Shown here: piece after piece, positions 18,170 to 27,110 of the stretch
Layout: each line of letters starts with the position of its first letter
How positions within the stretch are numbered: position 1 is the stretch's first letter
DNA from: Ignavibacteriota bacterium
Lineage (GTDB): Bacteria > Bacteroidota > Ignavibacteria > UBA10030 > UBA6906
DNA: 64,000 nt
Reading direction: 5' to 3'
NCBI GenBank assembly: GCA_963801355.1
Contig: CAWDEM010000008.1
Span: 1,568,001-1,632,000, forward strand
The notes under the pieces: generated by a model
The model's database searches: none
What the model was told of the DNA's origin: nothing
The model's input: the letters and a program-made list of their open reading frames with translations, nothing else
Position numbers and translations under genes: made by a program

Positions 18170-19066
18170 TTACGACCCTTTCGGGTGTGCCTGAGCATAC
18201 ACATGTTTGAGACGATCGATGCCGACGTGCGTGTAGATCTGAGTCGTGGAGAGACTCTCGTGACCGAGAAGTTCGCGCACAGCCTGGAGATCGGCACCGC
18301 GATTGACAAGATGGGTGGCAAATGTGTGACGGAGAACGTGCGGACTGCGCTGCTGGAGATGTGCGACAGCACCGATATAGGAACTCACCAGCCGGTTTAC
18401 CCCCTTCGGGGTCATGCGCTTGCCGCGCACAGAAATGAAGACCGTTCCGGGATCCGTCAGGTTGCCGAGCATGTGCAGTCGCATCGCCATCCATCGCCGG
18501 AGGGCTTCACCGGCCTTCCGCCCGAACGGGATGATGCGCTGCTTGCTCCCCTTGCCGGTTACCTTCACGGTCTCTCCGGTTACATCGACATCCGACGGCC
18601 TCAGCGCCAGCAATTCGCTCAGGCGCATTCCCGTACTGTAGAACAGCTCGAGAATCGCCGCATCGCGCATTCCTACCGGCGTTGAGCGATCGGGCCGGTT
18701 GAGGACTTCCAGGACCGCATCTTCCTCCAGGAACTGAGGAAGCCGTCGCTCCAGACGCGGCGACGCCACGATCGCGGTAGGTACGGAGTCCACCAACCCC
18801 TTCCTTCTGAGAAACTTGTAAAAAGAACGCAAACATGCAAGCTTCCGGGCGGCACTCCGTTTGGACAGCCCCCGGTCGAGCAACGAGCCGAGGAACCGGC
18901 GGATGATCAGATGATCCACCGCCGCGACGTCACACCCGGATGCTCCAAGAAATTGTGTATAATCACGAAGATCGTCTTCGTAAGCGGCGAGGGTGTGCGG
19001 CGAGACATGACGTTCCGCCTGCAGATACTCGAAGAACATGCGGATGAAATCAACGTCCGCTGCCAC
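18170..19066 (-). CDS. xerC: Tyrosine recombinase XerC
   Basis: SPHTLAAYEDDL, YSTGMRLSEL, GKGSKQR, PHVLRHTFATHL and LLGHESLSTTQIYTHV motifs; housekeeping context after topA. Confidence 0.9.
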   Translation of the reverse strand: MAADVDFIRMFFEYLQAERHVSPHTLAAYEDDLRDYTQFLGASGCDVAAVDHLIIRRFLGSLLDRGLSKRSAARKLACLRSFYKFLRRKGLVDSVPTAIVASPRLERRLPQFLEEDAVLEVLNRPDRSTPVGMRDAAILELFYSTGMRLSELLALRPSDVDVTGETVKVTGKGSKQRIIPFGRKAGEALRRWMAMRLHMLGNLTDPGTVFISVRGKRMTPKGVNRLVSSYIGAVAHLQQRSPHVLRHTFATHLVNRGADLQAVRELLGHESLSTTQIYTHVGIDRLKHVYAQAHPKGS

Positions 19067-19070
19067 TTCT

Positions 19071-21446
19071 TCACCCTTCGTTCGTCACCCGGGGCTGCTC
19101 CTCCGGCGACACTTCCGCCTTGCACGACGGACAGACCAGATAATCACCTCGGGTTTGATTGTACTTCTGCACCATGTAGCCGTTGCCGCACGTATCGCAT
19201 GTCCGGGACACAGGCTTGTCCCACGACGCAAAATCACAGTCGGGATACCGCGAGCAGCCGTAGAATACGCGTTTCCGTTTGGTTTTCCGTTCGATGACGT
19301 CGCCGTCCTTGCATTTCGGGCACTTGACCCCTATCGAGATGGGCTTGGTGTTCTTGCACGCCGGATAGTTCGAGCAACCGAGGAACGCCCCGAACCGTCC
19401 GCCCTTGATCACCATATCGCCGCCGCAGAGCTCGCACTTGAAGCCGACAACATGCTTGTTCTGTTCCTGCTCCTCGGGAAGGGGTTTTGTGTTCTTGCAG
19501 GCGGGATACCCGCTACAGGCCATGAAACGGCCGTTCCTCCCCCACTTGATGATCATCGGCTTGCCGCACACCTCGCACAGTTCGTCCGTGCTTTCCTGCA
19601 GCGACTTCTTGATGGCCGCACTTTTTTTGTCGACCCCCTCCACATCCCGTATGAAGGGATGGTAGAAGTCTTCCATCACCTGCTTGTACGATTGTTTTCC
19701 CGAGGCGATGGTGTCGAGTTCCTCTTCCATCCTTGCGGTGAAGCCCACCGTGAAAATATGCGGGAAGTGCTCGACAAGGATTTTGTTCACCGCCTTGCCC
19801 AGCTCCGTCGGATAGAGACGCCGCTCCCGCTGCTCGACGTACTTCCGTGCCTGGATGGTGTCGACGATCAGGGCGTAGGTGCTCGGGCGGCCGATACCGA
19901 GCGCTTCGAGTTCGCGCACGAGATTGCTTTCCGTGAACCTGGCCGGCGGCTTCGTGAAGTGCTGGTTTGGGAGCAGGTTGGTCAGCGCTGCATCCTGCCC
20001 CGCAAGAAGCCCGGCGGGAAGCTTGGAGACCGGATCTTCGTCGCCCGCCTTCTCCGTTTCGTCAATCATATCATCGTACACCTGCAGGAAGCCGCGGAAT
20101 ACCGGCATCGTGTCCGTCGCACGAAAGAGGTACACGCCGCCCCGGATATCCACCGTAGTCTGTTCGCTCACCGCCGCGTTCATCTGACACGCCACGAAGC
20201 GGTTCCATATCAACTCGTACAGGTCGAACATTTCCGGGTCGAGGTACTTCTTCACCGCCCGCGGTGTGTGCTTCGACGAGGTCGGCCGGATAGCTTCGTG
20301 GGCATCCTGGGATCCTTTTCCCTTCTTGAAGAGACGGGGTTCGTGCGGCAGGTATTCCTTCCCGTAGTTCTCAAAGATGTATTGCCGCACCTCCGTCACT
20401 GCATCGACGCTGAGCCGCGTGGAGTCTGTACGCATGTACGTAATGAGACCGACGCGCCCTTCGTCGCCGAGTTCGACACCCTCGTAGAGCTTCTGGGCGA
20501 GCATCATCGCGCGCTTCGCCGGAAACCTGAGTCGCCGCGCCGCTTCCTGCTGCAACGTGCTGGTGATGAACGGCGGGGGGGGATTGCGCTTAACAGGCTT
20601 CTTCTGCAGATCGGCGATGACGTACTCCTGCGCACGCAGATCTGCAATCAGCGTCTCCGCCGCGGCGCCGTCGCCGACCACAGGATCCGCACCCGACACC
20701 TTGAACAGCTTGGCAAGAAAGGGGTCGCCTCCCGCAGCGCGGAATTCGCCGATGATGGACCAGTACTCCACCGGGACGAATGCGTTGATTTCCGCCTCGC
20801 GTTCGCAGATCAGGCGTACGGCGACCGACTGTACGCGGCCGGCCGAGAGCCCGTAGAACACGGTTTTCCAGACGAACGGGGAAATTTTGTATCCCACCAG
20901 CCTGTCCATCGCCCGACGCGCCTGTTGCGAATCGACCAGGTGCTGATCGATATGGGCGGGATGCTGCATGGCTTCCGCAATGCCGCGTTCCGTGATTTCG
21001 TGGAAGAGCACGCGGAAGATGTTCTTGTTTGAAGGTTCGACTTCCTGCGCGATGTGCCAGGCAATGGCTTCCCCTTCGCGGTCAGGGTCCGTCGCGATAT
21101 ACACTGCACTGGCACCGGTGGCATGTTGCTTCAGCCGGGCGATGACCTCGTCTTTCCCCTTGATCGTTTCGTATTCCGGTGTGAAACCGGCATCCACATC
21201 AATGCCGAGTTTGCTTTTCGGAAGGTTCTTGATGTGCCCGACCGAGGGCTCGACGTGATACTCGTGCCCCAGATACTTGTTAATGGTCTTTGCTTTGGAG
21301 GGCGACTCGACGATGATCAGGGCTTTCCCCTGGGGATCAGCGCCGCGCGCCGGCACCGCTTTCGTGCGTTTTTTCCGGGGAGGTTTTGGGGTTGTCGTTG
21401 CGGGTGATTCCTCACTATCCTTCTTCTTCAGCTTCTTCACCGTCAT
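19071..21446 (-). CDS. topA: DNA topoisomerase I with zinc ribbons
   Basis: IVESPSKAKTI, ATDPDREGEAI, SAGRVQS, ITYMRTDS and GIGRPSTY motifs; C-terminal C4 ribbons. Confidence 0.98.
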   Translation of the reverse strand: MTVKKLKKKDSEESPATTTPKPPRKKRTKAVPARGADPQGKALIIVESPSKAKTINKYLGHEYHVEPSVGHIKNLPKSKLGIDVDAGFTPEYETIKGKDEVIARLKQHATGASAVYIATDPDREGEAIAWHIAQEVEPSNKNIFRVLFHEITERGIAEAMQHPAHIDQHLVDSQQARRAMDRLVGYKISPFVWKTVFYGLSAGRVQSVAVRLICEREAEINAFVPVEYWSIIGEFRAAGGDPFLAKLFKVSGADPVVGDGAAAETLIADLRAQEYVIADLQKKPVKRNPPPPFITSTLQQEAARRLRFPAKRAMMLAQKLYEGVELGDEGRVGLITYMRTDSTRLSVDAVTEVRQYIFENYGKEYLPHEPRLFKKGKGSQDAHEAIRPTSSKHTPRAVKKYLDPEMFDLYELIWNRFVACQMNAAVSEQTTVDIRGGVYLFRATDTMPVFRGFLQVYDDMIDETEKAGDEDPVSKLPAGLLAGQDAALTNLLPNQHFTKPPARFTESNLVRELEALGIGRPSTYALIVDTIQARKYVEQRERRLYPTELGKAVNKILVEHFPHIFTVGFTARMEEELDTIASGKQSYKQVMEDFYHPFIRDVEGVDKKSAAIKKSLQESTDELCEVCGKPMIIKWGRNGRFMACSGYPACKNTKPLPEEQEQNKHVVGFKCELCGGDMVIKGGRFGAFLGCSNYPACKNTKPISIGVKCPKCKDGDVIERKTKRKRVFYGCSRYPDCDFASWDKPVSRTCDTCGNGYMVQKYNQTRGDYLVCPSCKAEVSPEEQPRVTNEG

Positions 21447-21904
21447 CAGTGTATCGTGTCCTCGTTATTTAACATGGAGTGGCCCCCGCCGCCGGAGGGC
21501 CGTTCCCCGGAGAAGAGCACCGTCGCCACGATGTCCCGCACTTCCTGGACAGTCAGCCCGGCATATCCGGATGACATGGCGCGTTCAAGAACAATCTCGA
21601 CCTCGCGGTCGTTCACCAGTCCCAGTTCGATCAGCTGGATCATATAGCCCTGGGCGGCCGTCGAGAGCACCGCTTTCTCCGCTTCATGGAAGATGCGGCG
21701 CGATCCGGCGGCGGCGGCACCCGACTTGATCGATTCGATGCGGCCGGCGCGGCTGTTTTCGTACAGCCAGCTGAAGGCGGCACTGATCTCCGACGTGGTA
21801 TATCCGCGGTCGCGCAGTTGCGACAGATCCACCTCGTGCAGCGGCTTATTCTCCTGAAGTTCCGACATCAGGAACACCAGTATTTCCACAACGCGATCTT
21901 TCAT
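21446..21904 (-). CDS. DUF494 / Smg family protein
   Basis: VEILVFL...GYTTSEISAAFSWL...RIFHEAE; typical position upstream of topA. Confidence 0.85.
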   Translation of the reverse strand: MKDRVVEILVFLMSELQENKPLHEVDLSQLRDRGYTTSEISAAFSWLYENSRAGRIESIKSGAAAAGSRRIFHEAEKAVLSTAAQGYMIQLIELGLVNDREVEIVLERAMSSGYAGLTVQEVRDIVATVLFSGERPSGGGGHSMLNNEDTIH

Positions 21905-22344
21905 GCGATTCCCCTGCGACCTGCCGCCCGAAACATGCGTGCAAGATAGAAATCTTCCCGCTCTCGCATACGTTTCCGGTCCTCCGGCAGGCGGTCATCA
22001 TACCCCGTCAGGTGAAGCGTTCCGTGCACCACGAGACGGACAAGTTCATGTGTCCGGGTGACGCCGTATTGCCGTGCCTGCACCCGTGCGCGATCGAGAT
22101 TCACGTAGAGTTCCCCCTCGACGGCGTCCCCTTCGCCCAGAGGAAAACTGATAACATCCGTGGCGTATTCGTGGCCGAGAAAACGGCGGTTCATCCGTCG
22201 TGACAGGCCGTCGCCGACGCAGATGACTCCAATCTCTCCTGCACCGCACCCTTCACCCCGTGCGACCATGCGCACACTCCGGGCGATCAGAGACGCCGGG
22301 CATCGGGCACTGCGATGGGTGTTGGCAACGCGCACCGTCATCAT
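21901..22344 (-). CDS. ybeY: rRNA maturation RNase YbeY
   Basis: MNRRFLGHEYATDVISF, GELYV and VHGTLHLTGYDD motifs. Confidence 0.93.
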   Translation of the reverse strand: MMTVRVANTHRSARCPASLIARSVRMVARGEGCGAGEIGVICVGDGLSRRMNRRFLGHEYATDVISFPLGEGDAVEGELYVNLDRARVQARQYGVTRTHELVRLVVHGTLHLTGYDDRLPEDRKRMREREDFYLARMFRAAGRRGIA

Positions 22345-22832
22345 GCCTTGGCGCGGCTGCGCACCCTCCGTGCCGCCGGTCTGTGCTGCTGCGCCGGCGG
22401 CTCAAGCACTGAATCCGTCAGCGAGAGTGCGACTCCCGACATCATGATCTGCGGGGCGAGAGTGGTGAAATCGCCCGACACCACCGACCGGTCGACGTTC
22501 GCGAACAGCGAGCAAGCGGCGCCCCGTTCGATGATCAGGCCCGAGAGTTTGTCACCTGCTTCCGCCACAAACGTAATTTCGCCGAGTGATTCGCTCGCGA
22601 CGAACGCGGTGCAGAAATGCAGTTGCAGGTGCGCGTTCTCCGTGAAGACCGACACCATGGTGCCGGTTTTCTTCCCGATCCGGATGTGCATGTACACTTC
22701 GAGGACGAGGGAGCGATGCGGCGCTTCGGCACCGCGAATCGCGAACCGGAGAGTGTTGCCCATCCGGTGCACAGCGGTGCCCAGCACCTTCTCGATCTTT
22801 CTGATATCGGCGGGGGTAAATGTCAGCGGCAT
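22341..22832 (-). CDS. Conserved hypothetical protein (163 aa)
   Basis: First ORF after a consensus promoter; overlaps the ybeY start; globular-looking composition. Confidence 0.7.
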   Translation of the reverse strand: MPLTFTPADIRKIEKVLGTAVHRMGNTLRFAIRGAEAPHRSLVLEVYMHIRIGKKTGTMVSVFTENAHLQLHFCTAFVASESLGEITFVAEAGDKLSGLIIERGAACSLFANVDRSVVSGDFTTLAPQIMMSGVALSLTDSVLEPPAQQHRPAARRVRSRAKA

Positions 22833-22850
22833 GAGAGCCTCGCTGGAATG

Positions 22851-22879
22851 ATGATACCCACGAATCCCGTGATTGTCAA
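22851..22879 (-). promoter_or_regulatory. Sigma70-type promoter of the hyp-ybeY-smg-topA-xerC-hpf-hprK run
   Basis: TTGACA-N17-TATCAT on the minus strand. Confidence 0.7.
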
Positions 22880-22889
22880 GACGCGATCC

Positions 22890-23786
22890 TCACCAATCGA
22901 TCTCCATGCCCTCCGCAGCGGCAATGCAGTCGAACTTGTAGTTGCGTTTCTTGATCTCCCTCCTGCACGTCTGCAGGATCTCATCGACCTTGTCATCGCT
23001 CCGGGACTGCTCGTGGTGGAAGAGCACGAGCCGCTTGACGGCGGCTTCCGACGCCACTTTGAGCGTGAATAGATAATGTGAGTGCCCCCACCCCACATGA
23101 CTGACATATTCTTCGGGCGTGTAGGTGGTGTCGTGGATCAGAATATCCGCGCCGCGCGCAAAATCAAACACCCGCTGATTCGGATCGCCCCTCTGGCTCA
23201 AGTATTTGGCCACGACGTACTTGTCGACATTCCGCAGCGATTTGGCCACTTCGCGATCGAACGGCTCGTTGTCGCTGATATAGACAAGCGATCGTGTGCC
23301 GACGGCGAGACGGTACCCCAGCGCAAACGACGGGTGGTTCACGAACATCGACGAGAGCGTGCCGTTGAACACCGGAATCGTGTTTTCACGCATCGAATGA
23401 AACCGGATGTGCGCTTTCAACTCGTTCAGCTGCACGGGGAAGAATACCTTGTCCATCTGCGAGGCGAGCATATGCCTCAGCGTGATTTCCTTCGTCTGCG
23501 CTCCGACAATCGTTATCTCGTTGCCGGAAATGAACGCGGGCTTGAAGAACGGAAAACCCTGGATGTGATCCCAGTGCGGGTGCGTAACGGCGATCACCGC
23601 CTTGATCGACTCCCCGCGCACGATCAATGCATCTCCAAGACCCCGCAACCCCGTGCCGGCGTCGAAGATGACCAGATTGGTGTCGCTGAGACGGACCTCC
23701 ACGCATGAGGTGTTGCCACCGTAGCGTACGGTATCCTTTCCCGGTGAGGGGACGGATCCTCGGGTACCCCAGAAAGTGACTTTCAT
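22890..23786 (-). CDS. MBL-fold metallo-hydrolase (RNase Z / cyclic nucleotide phosphodiesterase-like)
   Basis: FWGTRGS, YGGNTSC, DAGTG, THPHWDHIQG, GWGHS and LFHH motifs. Confidence 0.9.
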   Translation of the reverse strand: MKVTFWGTRGSVPSPGKDTVRYGGNTSCVEVRLSDTNLVIFDAGTGLRGLGDALIVRGESIKAVIAVTHPHWDHIQGFPFFKPAFISGNEITIVGAQTKEITLRHMLASQMDKVFFPVQLNELKAHIRFHSMRENTIPVFNGTLSSMFVNHPSFALGYRLAVGTRSLVYISDNEPFDREVAKSLRNVDKYVVAKYLSQRGDPNQRVFDFARGADILIHDTTYTPEEYVSHVGWGHSHYLFTLKVASEAAVKRLVLFHHEQSRSDDKVDEILQTCRREIKKRNYKFDCIAAAEGMEIDW

Positions 23787-23844
23787 GGGAGCATCTGGCT
23801 TTGCGCGTAGTGCAGGTATATGAGGACGAACGGTGACGCCCGGG

Positions 23845-24663
23845 TTAGCCGCCTGCGCGCGGCGGCACCCATCCCTGGCGGTTCCATCTCATCAGTTCAA
23901 TAGTCACACTGCCGATGAATACCTTCATTTTCGCAAGCACCGGGATGCGCGCCTCATCGGCACTGAACCAGCCGGTGAAATCTCCGGTCAACCCGTACAG
24001 CCCTTCAAAGTCCAGCTTGCCTTCAAACTTCGTCACATCGACGGGATAGTCAATGGCATCCACCTCCACACTCGTCCGCTCTTTGTAGAAGTCGATGAAG
24101 GTGTTCACCGCCTCTTCCTTCACGACGCACGGAATGTTTACTTTCTTTCCGCTGAACAGCATTTCCCGCGCATAGAAGAACAGCGAGAGGCCGTCCTGCT
24201 GAACACCCCTCACCTGCAGCGTTTCCTTCCTGGCAACCACGGTGTCGCGCGCACCGATTTCCATGATCACGCGCTGACGGTCGTAGTCGAAGTTGTAGCG
24301 CGCAAAGTCCCACTGGTCGTCCTGCCTCACCTTCCCGACAAAACCCCGCGAGAACACCGATGCCGAGTCCATGCGGCTCTCGAACGTGGCGTGCAGATCG
24401 ACAAACGGGATGCCGCGATATGAATCAATCAGCGCCTTCCCATCGTAGGCGGCATTCCCGGACTGATGGTGTTTGCCCAGAATCTTGATGCGCACCTGTC
24501 CGAGGTCGATGAACGCGTAACGGACATTGTAGACGAGATCTTCGCCCTCGACGAAAATCCGAGACGGCGGATCGCCGCTCACCTGCGCGCACGCAGGTAA
24601 TGGAGGAAGGACGGCTGCAGAGACAAGAAGTGCGGCGGCCGCACAGATCAGCATCTTCTTCAT
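23845..24663 (-). CDS. DUF3108 family exported protein
   Basis: Signal peptide; EGEDLVYNVRY and WFSADEARIPVLAKMKVFIGSV. Confidence 0.75.
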   Translation of the reverse strand: MKKMLICAAAALLVSAAVLPPLPACAQVSGDPPSRIFVEGEDLVYNVRYAFIDLGQVRIKILGKHHQSGNAAYDGKALIDSYRGIPFVDLHATFESRMDSASVFSRGFVGKVRQDDQWDFARYNFDYDRQRVIMEIGARDTVVARKETLQVRGVQQDGLSLFFYAREMLFSGKKVNIPCVVKEEAVNTFIDFYKERTSVEVDAIDYPVDVTKFEGKLDFEGLYGLTGDFTGWFSADEARIPVLAKMKVFIGSVTIELMRWNRQGWVPPRAGG

Positions 24664-26276
24664 TACCTGCTCGTCAATGCTCTGGCGATTTTCTCCGCCT
24701 CGGGAAACAGCGACAGGGCCTTTTTGAACTGCACGTCAACCCCGAGCATGACCCGGGCCGACCCCTCATTCCCCCAGATGCCCCGGCCAATGTATGCCTT
24801 CGTGAACGCCTTCAGGTAGGCAAGGTCCTTGTCGTACTGCTCCTGATTGAAGGCCACGCCTTTGGCCTTCGCGATCTCTTTGATGTCATCCATCATCGCG
24901 GGAGTCACGTCGAACGTCTCTGCAAAACGGGCGACGTCTTTGCCATACTGCGCCCGCAGCTCCGTGCCGTGCTCATCGAGGTATTTATCCGCCGCCTGCA
25001 GGAATACCAGCTTGCTGCGCAGCTGCACGCTGTATTCGTTCAACCTGTCGGACTTCACGAGGTAGTCGGGAGTGATTCCGCCGCCGCCGTACACAATTCT
25101 CCCGCCCATGGTTTTGAACCGTTGACGGGTGGAGTCTTTTTCTGCTTCATGCGTGAGATTTTCCCCTTCCTGCTCCTCGCGCTCGAAGGGTTCGCGCTGG
25201 TATTTCATCTTGTCTTTGTCGTACGGCCGTTGGATCAGGCGCCCGCTCGGGGTGTAATACCGGGCCGTGGTCAGGCGGAACGCGGACCCATCCTTCAGGT
25301 CGAATTGCCGCTGCACGAGTCCCTTGCCGAATGTGGTCTCTCCCACCACAAGCCCCCGGTCCCAGTCCTGCACCGCCCCGGCAACAATTTCGGATGCGGA
25401 GGCGGAGCCATTGTTCACCATCACGACGAGCCCGATGTCCTGGTACCGCCCGGCGCCGGAGGCGACGTATTCTTCGTTGAACTCCGACCGGCGTCCCTTT
25501 GTGAAGACGATTTTCTTTCCCTTGGGGAGGAGTTCATCCATGATCTTGTAGGATTGCTCGAGATAGCCGCCGGCGTTCGTGCGCAGATCGAGAACCAGCC
25601 TCTGCATCCCGGCATCCTTCAACTTGGCCATCGCCTCCATGAACTCCTGGTGCGTCGTTGCCGCGAAACGGTTGACGTTGACGTAGCCGGTTTTCCCGTC
25701 GATCATAAATGACGCGTCAACGGTGTAGATCGGAATCTTGTCGCGCACGATGTCGAACTCGAGCTTGTCCTTGATCCCGCTACGTACGATCGTCACCTTT
25801 ACGTGCGAACCCTTGGGGCCCCGCAGCTTCTTCTGCACACCTTCCTGGGTAATACCCACGGCCGAAGAGTCGTCGATCCTGACGATCTTGTCGCCCGACT
25901 GGATCCCCAGAGCCTCACTCGGCCCGCCCACAATGGGGGCGACCACCAGCAGCGTGTCGTTCAACACCTGATATTCTATGCCGATGCCCTCGAAACTCCC
26001 CTGAAAATCCTCGGTCACCTTCTGCATGGCCTTGGCGGGTATGTACACGGAGTGCGGGTCCAGTTGCCCGAGCAAGCCGTTTATTGCCGCCTCCGTAAGC
26101 TTCTGGCTGTCGACGTCGTCAACATAGTACTTGTAGGTGAGGTTCAGCACGTCATTGTATTTCCCCACCTGCTCGTAGATGCTGTCACCGGAGAACATCC
26201 GGTTAAGCTGGGCGCCTGCCAGTAACGCCAGGACGACGAAGATGCCCAGTGTGAACAGCGAAAATCGTTTCCTCAT
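24663..26276 (-). CDS. S41 family carboxy-terminal processing protease (CtpA/Prc) with PDZ domain
   Basis: LDPHS, GIG PDZ loop, DLRTNAGG, SASASEI, TFGKG and GGITPD motifs; GAGGGG SD before ATG 26276. Confidence 0.95.
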   Translation of the reverse strand: MRKRFSLFTLGIFVVLALLAGAQLNRMFSGDSIYEQVGKYNDVLNLTYKYYVDDVDSQKLTEAAINGLLGQLDPHSVYIPAKAMQKVTEDFQGSFEGIGIEYQVLNDTLLVVAPIVGGPSEALGIQSGDKIVRIDDSSAVGITQEGVQKKLRGPKGSHVKVTIVRSGIKDKLEFDIVRDKIPIYTVDASFMIDGKTGYVNVNRFAATTHQEFMEAMAKLKDAGMQRLVLDLRTNAGGYLEQSYKIMDELLPKGKKIVFTKGRRSEFNEEYVASGAGRYQDIGLVVMVNNGSASASEIVAGAVQDWDRGLVVGETTFGKGLVQRQFDLKDGSAFRLTTARYYTPSGRLIQRPYDKDKMKYQREPFEREEQEGENLTHEAEKDSTRQRFKTMGGRIVYGGGGITPDYLVKSDRLNEYSVQLRSKLVFLQAADKYLDEHGTELRAQYGKDVARFAETFDVTPAMMDDIKEIAKAKGVAFNQEQYDKDLAYLKAFTKAYIGRGIWGNEGSARVMLGVDVQFKKALSLFPEAEKIARALTSR

Positions 26277-26319
26277 GCTTAATGTCCCCTCTCGATCGCC
26301 GATCTTAAGTATAGATTTT

Positions 26320-26348
26320 ATTGTATCCAAATTCCCCGCTAAAGTCAA
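26320..26348 (-). promoter_or_regulatory. Sigma70-type promoter for the S41 peptidase
   Basis: TTGACT-N17-TACAAT on the minus strand. Confidence 0.65.
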
Positions 26349-26375
26349 ACCGCTCTATAATACGGGCAAAAACCT

Positions 26376-27110
26376 CTACCGCACGGGTTTCCACTCGCTC
26401 AGAATGGAGCGGTGGAGAAAGAACACCGACAAAAAGTTCAAAAACCACGTTGCGGTGACCCAGGCATACCCGAAACGCCTGTAGCGGCGAGGGGATTCGA
26501 GCACCGCGACATCCCTCAGGAACCTGATTCGCCCGAGCGGCTCCAACCGCCGGAACATGTCATAATCCTCGCCGGCGGCGATATGGTCCGCGTATCCGTC
26601 GACACGGGCGAATACGTCCCGTTTCATAACGTGACATTCTCCACGCCCCATCCCCATCCCCACCTGATTCATCATGTAAAAGAACCAGTTATAGAACCCA
26701 TGGAAGGCTCTGTCACTCCAGCGCTCTTCTTCCGGATATACGCGCACGGCACATGTCACGGCGACCGTTCCCGGTTTTTCTATTTCCTCGGAAATCCGTT
26801 CAAAGAATGCTTCATGATGTTCGATAAACGTATCGGCATTAAGAAATACGAAGATTTCCCCGTTGGCTTTGTGCGCACCGGCGTTTCTTCCGGAGGAAAT
26901 CGTTTGTTTGACGTAAGGGATGTTTTCCGCGACGACATGCGCATGCGCACGGGCTATTTCCAGCGTCCCATCCGTGCTCCCGCCGTCACTCACTACGACC
27001 TCAATGTCAAAGCGCTGTATGAGGCCGGGAGTGAACTGGCCCAGCATCCGGGGAAGTAGCCTGGCTTCGTTGATAGCGGGGATGATGACGCTGAATCGCG
27101 GTCTGTTCAT
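26376..27110 (-). CDS. Glycosyltransferase family 2
   Basis: SVIIPAINE, DGGSTDGT, GRNAGA, FLNAD, GEDYD and SPRR motifs; start overlaps the GH57 stop. Confidence 0.92.
   Translation of the reverse strand: MNRPRFSVIIPAINEARLLPRMLGQFTPGLIQRFDIEVVVSDGGSTDGTLEIARAHAHVVAENIPYVKQTISSGRNAGAHKANGEIFVFLNADTFIEHHEAFFERISEEIEKPGTVAVTCAVRVYPEEERWSDRAFHGFYNWFFYMMNQVGMGMGRGECHVMKRDVFARVDGYADHIAAGEDYDMFRRLEPLGRIRFLRDVAVLESPRRYRRFGYAWVTATWFLNFLSVFFLHRSILSEWKPVR

Noticed and set aside
18170-19066. Integrase of a prophage or genomic island
   Set aside because: The sequence and the topA-xerC-hpf context fit housekeeping XerC; no att sites, tRNA or mobile cargo are present.
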